Numbered from the stretch's first letter, positions 17,466 to 27,750 are shown. The stretch: 64,000 nt of DNA from Planctomycetota bacterium (GCA_046051705.1 JBJONT010000049.1:4470-68469); one strand, 5' to 3'. Translations and numbers: made by a program. Notes: generated from the letters alone by a model not told the origin.

Positions 17466-18719
17466 TTAGGCAGAAACGCGGCTTTGTGCGTTTTCCTGAC
17501 CGATCTTTTGGGATTGTATTTCACGAATCGAGCCTGCGATCTCGTCGGCGATTTTCCGCCAGCTATCTTCGCTTTGCTGCGGGTAAGCTGCTAGCTCCCG
17601 ACGCAGCTTCGAAATAAGCTTAGGTGCAGTGAGTTGTTCGATGCGTTGCCGAAGCGACTTGCCCGCGCCAGCCAAAAAAGCTAGAACCTTATCGGGTTCG
17701 TGCCGATACAAGACGCTCAGCAAATCGAGATCGTCGAGTTGGAGGAATTCCTTTAGAAGCTCACTGCGCGATGTCTTGCGTGCAATAGGAATCACAAATC
17801 CATCGGAGCCCGTTCGTCGTGTTTGTGGCGAGGTTGATCGACTCCCAGCCGGGTAATCCGCGGCCTGCGATGCTGCTTTGCTTCGCTTTGGATCTAAAGG
17901 TAGCGAATCCGACTTCGGATCCGACTGAATCCGAGATTGGGTGTTCTTGGTCGAAGAAGATGAAATCGGTGATAATCCGATCGATTCCTCAAGCTTCTGT
18001 GCACCTTCTGCGGATTGGTTGCCCGGAAGATTGGTAGGTAGTTGTAGATGTTCCGAAGGAATGTTCTCGACTGGGGAGTTGCGAAGTTGCGGGTCCGGAA
18101 TCGCTTGGAGTAATTGCCGAATCTTGTCGCCATCGTGTAACTCATGTCGCTCGCGATCAATGCGCTTACTCAGTTCGACCTTCCATTGTGCAATGAGAAT
18201 CCGAATCGCTTCCGAATTGATCGACTGCAATTGGACGCCTTGATCAAGGCAAGATCGCGCGAACTGGGTTGGTAACGCTTGCACGATCCTTGTTCCTGCC
18301 GAGAGTGGCAAGCTTCGTAGAATCGCCGCTACCATAAGCTTGCTCTCGTCTTTTAAACTTGCTGCGAGTTGTTCGGAACTATAGGCATCGAGCCAGCCGA
18401 AGTCTTCGTCATCCATTTGCTTGTCGTGCGAAGCGTATGGAATATCGAGTTGAGATATCGGGTCAGATCCAATCGTTCGACGAATGCTCGATTCGTTTGG
18501 AGACTGCCTAACAGAGGGCGATGGCTTTGCCGGTCTTTCAACTGATTCGACGGACCGAGAATGATCGGGAGCGGATTCGGAGGGTCCTTTAAGTTCTCCG
18601 ATGATCTTCGTGACGATATCGGCGGGAAAGTGAGCTAAGAGTTGCTCGGCAGATTCCGTATCCATCCTGCGGATCGCTGCTGCGACTTGGCGGATTCGTT
18701 GGATTTGAGTCTCTGCCAT
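17466..18719 (-). CDS. fliG: Divergent FliG-like switch protein
   Basis: FliG-N-like start, FliG-M-like LKDESKLMVAAILRSL and FliG-C-like FLQLDDLDLLSVL...KLRRELAAY, separated by long Ser/Pro linkers. It lies upstream of fliH. Confidence 0.62.
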   Translation of the reverse strand: MAETQIQRIRQVAAAIRRMDTESAEQLLAHFPADIVTKIIGELKGPSESAPDHSRSVESVERPAKPSPSVRQSPNESSIRRTIGSDPISQLDIPYASHDKQMDDEDFGWLDAYSSEQLAASLKDESKLMVAAILRSLPLSAGTRIVQALPTQFARSCLDQGVQLQSINSEAIRILIAQWKVELSKRIDRERHELHDGDKIRQLLQAIPDPQLRNSPVENIPSEHLQLPTNLPGNQSAEGAQKLEESIGLSPISSSSTKNTQSRIQSDPKSDSLPLDPKRSKAASQAADYPAGSRSTSPQTRRTGSDGFVIPIARKTSRSELLKEFLQLDDLDLLSVLYRHEPDKVLAFLAGAGKSLRQRIEQLTAPKLISKLRRELAAYPQQSEDSWRKIADEIAGSIREIQSQKIGQENAQSRVSA

Positions 18720-18801
18720 GCTTGTACGAAATTTGATTCTGAGCGGATGAATGTGGGGGATGGTACGTCAAGAGTCTTCGCTGGACCGGCCAGGCTCCCT
18801 C

Positions 18802-18847
18802 GACCTGGACACCCCTGGACCTGGACACCCCTGGACCTGGACACCCC
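18802..18847. repeat. 16-bp tandem repeat (GACCTGGACACCCCTG x ~3)
   Basis: Units at 18802, 18818 and 18834 in the divergent fliG/ompA intergenic region. Confidence 0.85.
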
Positions 18848-19063
18848 GCGTCCTGGTCGAACGGGAGTGGTCGATCCCGATTGCGGAACTCCAGTTGTTT
18901 AGTAGTCAAAGAGATGCCTTCAACGCTAGATGGAAATTCTACGGACTGGTTTTCCCCGCCTTTGACATTGGCAAGCTTGTGCTGGGAATTCGAGCTGAAT
19001 CGGGTTTGCTTGCAAAAGGTTCGGGGTTGCTCTCCTAGCCGTAAACTTGGTACGCACTGACTT

Positions 19064-20131
19064 ATGGAATCGAGTACGCCCAAGGGGTGCAAGACTAGTA
19101 GAAAATCGTATGAATTTAGTCCGCCGAAGCGGGCCTCGTGGTCTTATGCGCGTTTTGGGAGTCGACACGTCTTTTTATGCTGGCTGGCATTCTCGACGCT
19201 GTTGCTTACAGGATGCCCGAAGAGTCAGCCTTATTTGATTTCTTCACCAAACGGTCCATCAGGGTTTTTGAAACCTTATTCCCCGGGGGGGCCCGTTTCT
19301 GTCGCTCCACCTGCATCGCTTCCTCCAAGCCTCGCGGCGCCGAATCCAAGTGCCGTTGAAAATTCCGCGAGCAGCCTTGCCTATGCAGCTCAAATCGCTG
19401 AATTGGAACGACGAACCAAGATACTTGATGAGAACAATAGGCAACTTTACGGGCAATTAGCCCAAGCTCAGCAGCAGACACAAGTTCAGCGCGAACGAGC
19501 TGATTTAATGCAACGCCAGCTCGGTGACCTCTCGACGCAGCTTCAGCAAGCCCGGCTTGCCTTAACCACTCCCGCTAAAATTGCTTCAGATCCAAAAGCA
19601 GCTTCGTCGTACGCCTCGAATTCTCCCTCTCCTCCGAGAAGTAATGCAAGGCTGACGGCAAACACCAGCAGCGGAGTGACCAAGCCTGGGAGTGAAGCAC
19701 AAATTGTTGCGGCATTGAAGTCGCTTGGGTACCCGTTGGATACCGATGGAACATCGCTGCGTCTACGGATCCCAGCGGATCAGTTATTTCAACCGAATTC
19801 GATGCAATGGACAGCGAGTGCGAGTCCACTGCTGGATCGGGTAGCCGAAGCTCTTCAGACGGGCGGTTCAGTAAGCCGAATTACGATTGAAAGCCACACC
19901 GATGCGGCCGTTGCCGGGCAGATGGCTGAGCAAATAGCGGCAGATGCTCAGCGAATCACCGATGCGCAAGCCAACGCGATCTTGCAATACTGGCGGGATC
20001 GAGGTGCTTTTGGCCCCGGGCAGCTTACCGCTCGACCGGCAGGTGCAGCGCAGCCAATTATGGATAATCAAACACCTGTTGGAAGAGCCACCAACCGCCG
20101 TATTGAATTCACTCTCTCTGGATTTCGTTGA
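19064..20131 (+). CDS. OmpA/MotB C-terminal domain lipoprotein with coiled coil
   Basis: Lipobox LLLTGC, Gln-rich coiled coil, IPADQLF, TIESHTD and GRATNRRIEFTL. The start is uncertain. Confidence 0.78.
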   Translation: MESSTPKGCKTSRKSYEFSPPKRASWSYARFGSRHVFLCWLAFSTLLLTGCPKSQPYLISSPNGPSGFLKPYSPGGPVSVAPPASLPPSLAAPNPSAVENSASSLAYAAQIAELERRTKILDENNRQLYGQLAQAQQQTQVQRERADLMQRQLGDLSTQLQQARLALTTPAKIASDPKAASSYASNSPSPPRSNARLTANTSSGVTKPGSEAQIVAALKSLGYPLDTDGTSLRLRIPADQLFQPNSMQWTASASPLLDRVAEALQTGGSVSRITIESHTDAAVAGQMAEQIAADAQRITDAQANAILQYWRDRGAFGPGQLTARPAGAAQPIMDNQTPVGRATNRRIEFTLSGFR

Positions 20132-20203
20132 GAGATCGAATCGTTGCAACTGGCTTCGCCCATCGATGTATCCATCCCATTCGACACTTTTCGGTAGTCT
20201 ATC

Positions 20204-21238
20204 GTGAATCAACCTATCTATGATTTGGTTTCCATCGGCGAGACGATGCTTCGTTTTTCTCCGAAGTCTCCTTTGCGACTTGAACAATCTTCCGAACTCG
20301 AAACGCATGTCGGTGGAAGCGAATCGAACACCTTGGTCGGCTTGTCGCGATTGGGCCTGAAGTCTGCTTGGATCTCAAGACTACCTAGTCACGTGCTCGG
20401 TCAGTCCATCGCACGAAACATTGCCATGCATGGTGTTGATACCCAACACGTGGTCTGGAGCGAAAGCGACCGCCTTGGTTTGTATTTTTTTGAACCTGCT
20501 TCGGCTCCGCGATCCGGCGAAGTCATTTACGATCGTAAAGATTCTGCCTTTGCCAATTTCTCGGCTGACTTATTGCCAGTTGAACCGCTGCAATCGACCC
20601 GATGGTTTCATGCGACGGGGATCTCTTTGGCTCTGGGGCCCAGGACGCACACGATGATGGACAAAGCGCGAACGATCGCCAAAAAATCAGGCTCTAAGGT
20701 CTCTTTTGATTTCAACTATCGATCCAAGCTATGGGATATGCAATCGGCGAGGGAAGGCACTCAAAGCTGGGTCTGCGAATCAGACATCGTCTTTTTTGCC
20801 AAGAGAGATGCGACTGCATGGTTGGGTATTCCAGCCGATTCCGATGATCGACGTGTGGTTGATGAATTGTTGACTTTGCGTGGAGGCAAGGCAACGGTAA
20901 TAACCCTGGGCGGTCGAGGCGCGATCGGGGGTGAAGATGACAAAACAGTTTATGTCCGTACGCTGCAACTCGATGGACTCGATAGGTCCGGTGGCGGAGT
21001 CGGACGACTCGGTGGAGGAGATGCTTTCTCCGCAGGAGTGCTCTTCGGGCACTTGCAAGGATGGTCGCTGGAGAAGTCCTTGCGATGGGGGAATGCGATG
21101 GCCGGGATCAAATACAGCATTCCCGGTGATCTTCCCGTGATCCAGCGAAGCGAAGTTTCTCGATTTGTCGATCAGCTTGAGAAGCTAAGCGACGGAGCGG
21201 ATGGCGAAGGATCGCTGAAGTTAGGGGTGAATCGCTAA
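20204..21238 (+). CDS. kdgK: PfkB sugar kinase, 2-keto-3-deoxygluconate kinase-like
   Basis: IGETMLR, GGSESNT, YDRKDSAF, SFDFNYRSKLW and GGGDAFSAG. Confidence 0.75.
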   Translation: MNQPIYDLVSIGETMLRFSPKSPLRLEQSSELETHVGGSESNTLVGLSRLGLKSAWISRLPSHVLGQSIARNIAMHGVDTQHVVWSESDRLGLYFFEPASAPRSGEVIYDRKDSAFANFSADLLPVEPLQSTRWFHATGISLALGPRTHTMMDKARTIAKKSGSKVSFDFNYRSKLWDMQSAREGTQSWVCESDIVFFAKRDATAWLGIPADSDDRRVVDELLTLRGGKATVITLGGRGAIGGEDDKTVYVRTLQLDGLDRSGGGVGRLGGGDAFSAGVLFGHLQGWSLEKSLRWGNAMAGIKYSIPGDLPVIQRSEVSRFVDQLEKLSDGADGEGSLKLGVNR

Positions 21239-21275
21239 CGCACGCTTGACGCAAGGAATAAGCGTTTCAAGAAGA

Positions 21276-21328
21276 TGACGTTTCGTAAACTGATGTTTTG
21301 TAAACTGACATTTCGTAAGCTGTCGTTT
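21276..21328. repeat. 15-bp tandem repeat (TGAYRTTTYGTAARC x ~3.5)
   Basis: Units at 21276, 21291, 21306 and 21321 between convergent genes. Confidence 0.75.
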
Positions 21329-21935
21329 ACTCCCAGCGATGGATCGTATCGAGCAATCGATCCGCGCTGGTGAACAGACTTGCTTGCCAACCCGCTCGCA
21401 ATGCACCTTCGATATTTTCGAGTCGGTCGTCGGTGAAGAAAATCTTTTCTGCTGGCACATTGCATTGCTCAGCAGCGATTTTGTAAATCTCCGGTTCGGG
21501 TTTCATCCGCTGAACTTCGTAGGAGAGAATAATTGGATCAAACCAACCGAGGACTTGGGGGTATCGCATGCGAAGGATCCACTCCCAGTGGGCTTCGCAG
21601 GTATTCGAAAGTAGTCCAAGGGGAATCTTCATGCTGCGAAGTCGCTCGAGCACCGGAAGAATATTCATGTTTGGAACAAAGATATCCGCCGCAGCTTCCT
21701 TGAGTTCATCAACCGAGAGTTTCTTGCCAAACTGATCGGAGAGAATGGAGACGAACTGAGATGTCGTCCTCTCGCCTCGCTCGTAAGCGATTTGCAGTTC
21801 GGAGTCGAAGACGGTGCGTTTGATAACCTCTGGATCCACCCCGATAACCTTTGCCATGGATCGTGCTGCGATTCCATGGTCGAAGAATAGCAAGACATTA
21901 CCGAGGTCGAAGTAAACGAAGTCGGGTCGGCTCAT
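21327..21935 (-). CDS. HAD family hydrolase (YihX-like)
   Basis: Motif I FDLGNVL, LLSNT, MKPEPEIY and FTDDRLEN. Confidence 0.88.
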   Translation of the reverse strand: MSRPDFVYFDLGNVLLFFDHGIAARSMAKVIGVDPEVIKRTVFDSELQIAYERGERTTSQFVSILSDQFGKKLSVDELKEAAADIFVPNMNILPVLERLRSMKIPLGLLSNTCEAHWEWILRMRYPQVLGWFDPIILSYEVQRMKPEPEIYKIAAEQCNVPAEKIFFTDDRLENIEGALRAGWQASLFTSADRLLDTIHRWE

Positions 21936-23710
21936 GATAAGTTGCTTGCGAAGGTTCGCTTCAGGGCTGCGAGACCACGCTGAGCATCTTTGCTTTCGAT
22001 GACTACGTTTACTCGCAGTTCGCTAGTGTTGGTCATCAGCACGTTGATACCTTCGTCAGCAAGTGCTTTGAACAAAGCGATCGCGACACTGGTGTGACTT
22101 CTAAGTCCGATACCACTGACCGATAGCTTGGAGATATTCTCGGCACTCGATACCCTGCGTACACCGTACCCCGCGCGCTCGAGGACTTCCAAGCAAGCGG
22201 TTCGCTGGTCTTGAGGAACGGTAAAGCTGATGGCGGTTTCCCCTTGGTATCCATCGCAGCTTTGGACGATCATGTCGACCACAGCCCCGGCGGCCGCGAT
22301 TTCGCGGAAGACGGTTTCGGCCAAGCCCGGGGTATCTGGGACGCCGCTGAGGGTAACGCGGGCTTGTTGATCGAGAAGCGAGATGTCGAGCAATGTCAAT
22401 TGCTCGAGGTTCGTTGAACGAAGTCGCTCAACAACTTCGTCTGGGCTTTCTTTTTGTTGCTGGGATTGTCCGATCAGCCACTTGTTGGCATCTTCGGGTT
22501 TCTTGTCGAGTTCAAAAGCTTGATGCACTGCGCGAAGTGCTTGGGTGCCCATAGCTCGTTCGACGAGGCAACTGATCTTGATCTCGCTGGTGGTGATCAT
22601 CTGGATATTGATGCCAGCAGTTGCCAATGCGGCGAACATTTTCTCTGCCACGCCGGATTGTTCGGCCATTCCAAGTCCGACAACGGAGACTTTCGCTACT
22701 GCATCGTCAACCGTTACTTCGGACGCTTGGACAATCGGCATCGCTTCTTGGATCGCGCGCTGTGCATCGCGCAGTTCGTCGCTTGGGACGGTAAACGATA
22801 TATCAGCGCGAGAATCCATACCGATGTTTTGTACGATCATGTCGACCGTAATTTTTCGATCGGCAAGACGTTTGAAAATCTCGTAGCTCATCCCTGGGGA
22901 GTCGAGCACACCTTTGATCGTTAAACGGGCTTCGTCGCGTGTTAAAGCAGCACCGCAGACAGGAACGGATGGGGATTCCGGGATTCCTACAATCATCGAA
23001 CCTGGAGCGTCCGAGAAACTGCTGCGCACTCGTATCGGAACGTGAAATTTCTTCGCGAACTCGATGGAGCGATTGTGCATCACGCTCGCGCCAAGACTTG
23101 CGAGTTCAAGCATCTCATCGTAACTGATCAGTCCCATCTGTCTGGCTTCAGGCAACACGCGTGGATCGGTTGTGTAAACACCATCGACGTCTGTGTAGAT
23201 CTCGCAAGCATCTGCACCGAGAACGGCGGCCAAAGCGACAGCGGTAGTGTCGCTACCTCCACGCCCAAGAGTGGTGATGTTAAAGTCGTCGTCGATACCT
23301 TGAAATCCAGCCGCGATGACGATGTTCCCCTCGTCGAGCAAACGGCGTATTCGATCGGTCGAGATTGTTCGGATCCGGGCTTTGGTGTACGAACTATCGG
23401 TTCGAATCCCCATCTGCGCACCGGTCAATGAAATCGCTTGCTTACCAAAACCATGGATCGCCATTGCCATCAGAGCCACGCTGACTTGCTCACCGGTGCT
23501 CAAGAGCATATCCATCTCTCGGGCTGGCGGCTCGCCGTTGACTTGCCGAGCTAGTTCGATCAGATGGTCCGTTTGATGACCCATGGCGCTGACGACCACC
23601 ACGACTTGATTGCCCTCGTTCTGGGCGCGAATCGCTTTCCGTGCGGCAGACTGGATCTTCTCTGGAGTTGCGACGCTGGTTCCACCGAATTTTTGGACGA
23701 TCAGAGGCAT
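21932..23710 (-). CDS. lysC: Aspartate kinase with four ACT domains
   Basis: Start MPLIVQKFGGTSV at 23710. Motifs TTLGRGGSDTTAVA, IYTDVDGVYTTDPR and two ACT pairs (TTSEIKIS, NTSELRVN). Confidence 0.95.
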   Translation of the reverse strand: MPLIVQKFGGTSVATPEKIQSAARKAIRAQNEGNQVVVVVSAMGHQTDHLIELARQVNGEPPAREMDMLLSTGEQVSVALMAMAIHGFGKQAISLTGAQMGIRTDSSYTKARIRTISTDRIRRLLDEGNIVIAAGFQGIDDDFNITTLGRGGSDTTAVALAAVLGADACEIYTDVDGVYTTDPRVLPEARQMGLISYDEMLELASLGASVMHNRSIEFAKKFHVPIRVRSSFSDAPGSMIVGIPESPSVPVCGAALTRDEARLTIKGVLDSPGMSYEIFKRLADRKITVDMIVQNIGMDSRADISFTVPSDELRDAQRAIQEAMPIVQASEVTVDDAVAKVSVVGLGMAEQSGVAEKMFAALATAGINIQMITTSEIKISCLVERAMGTQALRAVHQAFELDKKPEDANKWLIGQSQQQKESPDEVVERLRSTNLEQLTLLDISLLDQQARVTLSGVPDTPGLAETVFREIAAAGAVVDMIVQSCDGYQGETAISFTVPQDQRTACLEVLERAGYGVRRVSSAENISKLSVSGIGLRSHTSVAIALFKALADEGINVLMTNTSELRVNVVIESKDAQRGLAALKRTFASNLS

Positions 23711-23884
23711 AAGGCACACTTGCGGGGGGAAAGCGAGGAAGGCAAAACGCATGGGGCGGTGCCTAGCTCAAGGAAATTTATCAGCAAAATCTTACCGATT
23801 CCCGCCGTTTTGAGAATGGACGAAACTGCACTCGAAGCGGTTCGCAGGGGGGCAATTGGTGGGTTTAAATAAATTGCACGGGCG

Positions 23885-25165
23885 TTACCGAATGGTGCGG
23901 GGCATTCGAGGGGGCTCCGTAAGATAACTGTTTTTGATGGACGAACTCGAATCAATCGGCGTTGTTCCGTTATTGTTGAATGATTCGCCAAGGATTTGAC
24001 CGTTCGAAGTCTCAACGCGATTCGGCTGGGGAATGGCGGAGAAGGCCGACTGCGCGGGGCCGGAAAAGGTCGGTGTGATCACCGAATCCAAGCCGTGTAC
24101 CGCAGAAGGATTCGTGTTTCCCAACGGGCTCGTGGCGTTGGCTAATCGCAAGAAGTCGTCGTTGAGTTTGTTTTGCCAATGACTTACTTTGCCTGCCGAA
24201 GCGTACGACTCTGGGATTCTGCCCATTGCCATTCGGGCTTGGACCAAATCCGCGCAGCGAACTTGTCCTTCGACTACTTGAAGTTGTTTTTCCCATTCCT
24301 CGGGCGCTAATCGCTCGGAGCACTTCGCGAGTAGCTCGGATGCTTCCCGAGTGCGATTCAAATCGGCATAGACAAGTCCGCGAAGCAGGAGGTGTTCGGG
24401 GGTGTCGACCACGGCAACATGAAGATCAGCCATGTGGTCAAGGGTTGCTAGAGCACGCTCGGGGCGTCCTGTGGTTCGGTAAATCTCAGCGATTGAAAAT
24501 TGAACTTCGGGAAAATCACTTCGAAGAATCAACGCATGGTGATAACACTCCAAAGCGCTCGGCCAGTCCGATTGCCGATCATGAACATCACCGAGCAGAG
24601 CCCAAGCGTTCGCGTGACTGCGATTGGCAGAGAGAACGTCTAACGCAAGTTGCTTTGCCAAGTCGCATTGACCGAGCTCAAGGTGCATCTCTCCGAGTTG
24701 TACTGCGTAGTCCGGATTTCGACCCGATAGCCGATACGCTTCGCTCATGTGTTCAATCGCTTTTGTCTTGCTCCCCTGCTTCCATAACGTGTTGGAATAT
24801 CCCCAATGAGCTCGTTCATCGTAGGGAGATTGCGCTAAAGCTTGGGTGAACAGCAGTTCGGCGTCTTGCACGCGATCTCGCTGATACGCTTCCGTGCCTC
24901 GGAGCGAGAGTTGACGTGCAGATACGAGCGATTGATTTCTTGGATTGCGATCGAGGATCCGGCAACCGAAGGTGCTCGCGCTGCATACGAGAATCCAGAG
25001 CCCAAGAAACCAATTCAAGAAAGTCGATTGGAGTCGGGTATATCGGAGGCTTCTGGAATACTTGACGCAAGGCTGTTTCATACAGTCCGACATTCGCAGG
25101 CACAGAACGATCAAGCGATGGACGGTTCCAACGCGTTCGATCGTAATGAATTCATAGCAAAACAA
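23885..25165 (-). CDS. TPR-repeat protein, probable lipoprotein
   Basis: Lipobox-like STFGC, with repeated TPR helices (AWALLGDVH, ALECYHHAL). The start is probably downstream of 25165. Confidence 0.75.
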   Translation of the reverse strand: MFCYEFITIERVGTVHRLIVLCLRMSDCMKQPCVKYSRSLRYTRLQSTFLNWFLGLWILVCSASTFGCRILDRNPRNQSLVSARQLSLRGTEAYQRDRVQDAELLFTQALAQSPYDERAHWGYSNTLWKQGSKTKAIEHMSEAYRLSGRNPDYAVQLGEMHLELGQCDLAKQLALDVLSANRSHANAWALLGDVHDRQSDWPSALECYHHALILRSDFPEVQFSIAEIYRTTGRPERALATLDHMADLHVAVVDTPEHLLLRGLVYADLNRTREASELLAKCSERLAPEEWEKQLQVVEGQVRCADLVQARMAMGRIPESYASAGKVSHWQNKLNDDFLRLANATSPLGNTNPSAVHGLDSVITPTFSGPAQSAFSAIPQPNRVETSNGQILGESFNNNGTTPIDSSSSIKNSYLTEPPRMPRTIR

Positions 25166-25438
25166 GGCGCTTCAACGCAATCGGATTTGCTTGACGGGCT
25201 TCGAATTGCGTCCGTTCTTGGGCTGCTTGGAGCTTGGGGATGAAGGTAATGTTGAGTCGGGTAGTTTGGGGGGGCTTGGTAATGTCGGCGCAATCGAAAC
25301 GGATTCAATCGGCATCAAACGGAATGAATCGTAGGAAACCAGCGGGGTTCGTTGAATCGCATGCCGATAGAAAACCAATGTTGCCAATCGCAACGCTGTT
25401 TGAACTGCAAACTCTAACTACTTGAGCATCGGTTTATC

Positions 25439-26692
25439 GTGGGCATTCTTCCGAGAATCACCTTTAAGATCGCTATCCTGCTCCCGATCGGCGAGATGCT
25501 TTGCCCTTCGGCATTTGGGGAGGATCCCTTGGAAAGTCCGCCCGCTAAAACTTCGGTGCCGGCGCTCTACCGATCCGCCCTTGAGGATTACCAAAACAAG
25601 CGATGGGGTAATGCCCGAGAGAAGTTTCAAAAGATCGCCCAAGCGGTCCCAGAGTCATTGCTTGCATATGAAGCAACCTTCTTTGCCATCATGACCGGGA
25701 TGCAAACGGATTCGGATTTAGAAGTAGCCAATTCTTTAGAAGCGGCCAATTTGGACATGACGCCTAACATGGGCGGTACTCGCGATGGAGCTTGGCCCGG
25801 CGAATTGCTGGTTTGGGAGTGTGAAGTAGCATTGAAGCTGAAGGAATATGAAGCGAGTCTGAGAGCCGATCAGCCCGCCGTGCAAGCGGCACTTGAGCGT
25901 CTGCGATCGCGAGTTGAGCAATCGCAGGTAGAGCAAGCTAAGTGTTTCCTGCGCGAGAAGCAGTGGGTATGGGCTGCGCATGCTCTACGTGCGCTCCGTA
26001 GCGAAAAGTCTGCGTTGTCTCGAGCAGATGTGCGATCTGAAGCGGATTTGGTGACGGAAGAGATCTCCTCTGCAGAGTTCTCCTCTGCGAACGATGCGTT
26101 TCGCAGTTGGATAGATCGTTCCGAATTGGAATGTTGCATTCAACTTCGGCGATGGGATCGAGCCGAAGATCTTCTGCAGCAGATGCAGCCTTCGCTTCTT
26201 ACCTATCTTGCCCAACGCGAACCCCCTGCTTGGGTTTCCCAAGTCCTTCTATGGAAGAGTGAAATCGCCATCCTTAGGGGGGAGTGGGATTTGGCAGAAT
26301 TGACCGTTTGTGACATTCGTGCGCATTTTCCCGAATGCAACGAGCGGGGTTACGTCGATTATCTCTACGCTCGTTGTTTGGTTTTCAACGCGAGGTTTGA
26401 CGAAGCTCGTCAGGTGTTTGAATCGATCGTTCGCATGCAGCCAACTCCTCCCGCAGAGTTGCTGGCTAAAGCATGGTGGGCGACGGCCGAGTCCTTTGTG
26501 ATGCAACGAAGGTACACCGAAGCGATAGCCGCGTTTGAACACGTGTTGAACCTCGACGTTGATCCTCAATGGAAGTCGATTGTCGAAAGGCAATTGGTTG
26601 ATTGTAGATCTGCCATCGGAACTCCATTGACGAATCCTAGCGTTCCTCCCGTACAAACGACCCAGCGTCCGACAAGCGTTCCACAGCGATGA
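25439..26692 (+). CDS. Exported TPR-repeat protein
   Basis: Hydrophobic N-terminus, TPR-like helices (YLYARCL, KAWWATAESF...YTEAIAAF). It has an ATGA-type overlap with exbB. Confidence 0.7.
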   Translation: MGILPRITFKIAILLPIGEMLCPSAFGEDPLESPPAKTSVPALYRSALEDYQNKRWGNAREKFQKIAQAVPESLLAYEATFFAIMTGMQTDSDLEVANSLEAANLDMTPNMGGTRDGAWPGELLVWECEVALKLKEYEASLRADQPAVQAALERLRSRVEQSQVEQAKCFLREKQWVWAAHALRALRSEKSALSRADVRSEADLVTEEISSAEFSSANDAFRSWIDRSELECCIQLRRWDRAEDLLQQMQPSLLTYLAQREPPAWVSQVLLWKSEIAILRGEWDLAELTVCDIRAHFPECNERGYVDYLYARCLVFNARFDEARQVFESIVRMQPTPPAELLAKAWWATAESFVMQRRYTEAIAAFEHVLNLDVDPQWKSIVERQLVDCRSAIGTPLTNPSVPPVQTTQRPTSVPQR

Positions 26693-27750
26693 ATTCCTTC
26701 ACAGTGTACCTTGGTAATCGACAACCCGTCGCTTCGATAGCTCTCGCTATCCTGTTGACTATGCAGTTGTCCGGCGTTTTCGTCCCGGACTTCATTGGAT
26801 CTGGCTTCTTTGGGTCTGTTGCCTACGGACAGAGCCCTCGTTTATCGCCCAATGGGATGCCGACCCAAGGTTATCCGCAGGGAGCGGGGGGCTATCAAGC
26901 TGGGCAGGCTCAGCAAAATCCGCAAGCGAACCCGGGATTCGCATCGAACGATCCTAGGATCGCTTCACTGCCAACCCCAAGTTCGAACGTGAACTATTCG
27001 AACAACAGTACCAATGGGCTTGCTGGCGGTAATGGACCCAATGCCGGTTCGCTCGATGCGAACGGCAAAGTCCCATCCAAGAGTTTACTGAGTGTGTTTC
27101 ATGACGGTGGTTGGATGATGTATCCGATCGCATTATGCTCCTTTGGATTGATGGTTTTTACTTTCGAACGTTGGATTGCGTTAAGGCATTCTCGCGTCGT
27201 TCCTCGCCCATTCGTCTCTCGACTGCTCGAACAATTGCAGCAGCAGATGATCGACCGCGATGAAGCGATCGAATTATGTGAGAAGAACGGCAGCCCAATG
27301 TCTAGGGTTTTACTCGGTGCCTTGCGTCGATACGGGAAGCCTGCGGTGGAGATCGAGCAGGCGGTTATCGATGCGGGTGAGAGAGAGTGCAACGTTTTGC
27401 GCCGCAATATGCGCACGATACTTGCTATCAGCAACATCACTCCACTGCTCGGATTGTTGGGGACAGTCTTGGGGATGATTCAATCATTTAACGACATCAC
27501 CAATGCGCAAGCGATGGGCAAACCCGAATTGCTTGCTGGTGGGATAAGTCAAGCACTGCTAACCACCGCAGCCGGGTTGTTGGTTGCTATACCCGCTTAT
27601 GCGGTATATGTATTTTTTATCGGTCGCATCGATAGTTTGATCATGGATATGGATAGTTTCTCGCAACGATTGGTCGATGTCATCAGTGCAGAGGGATTGC
27701 AGGAGAGCGACGGGGGTCGAACCCGAGGACGTGGTCGTAAAGCAGCTTAA
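26689..27750 (+). CDS. exbB: MotA/TolQ/ExbB proton channel protein
   Basis: GGWMMYPI, PLLGLLGTVLGMI and GISQALLTTAAGLLVAIPA. Confidence 0.9.
   Translation: MNSFTVYLGNRQPVASIALAILLTMQLSGVFVPDFIGSGFFGSVAYGQSPRLSPNGMPTQGYPQGAGGYQAGQAQQNPQANPGFASNDPRIASLPTPSSNVNYSNNSTNGLAGGNGPNAGSLDANGKVPSKSLLSVFHDGGWMMYPIALCSFGLMVFTFERWIALRHSRVVPRPFVSRLLEQLQQQMIDRDEAIELCEKNGSPMSRVLLGALRRYGKPAVEIEQAVIDAGERECNVLRRNMRTILAISNITPLLGLLGTVLGMIQSFNDITNAQAMGKPELLAGGISQALLTTAAGLLVAIPAYAVYVFFIGRIDSLIMDMDSFSQRLVDVISAEGLQESDGGRTRGRGRKAA

Noticed and set aside
18965-18990. Sigma-54-like site (CAGCACAAGCTTGC on the minus strand) upstream of fliG
   Set aside because: It lacks the invariant GG at -24.
18589-19092. 167-aa minus-strand ORF upstream of fliG as a possible fliF remnant
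   Set aside because: It has no TM segments or FliF-like motifs, runs through the 16-bp repeat, and overlaps fliG in another frame.
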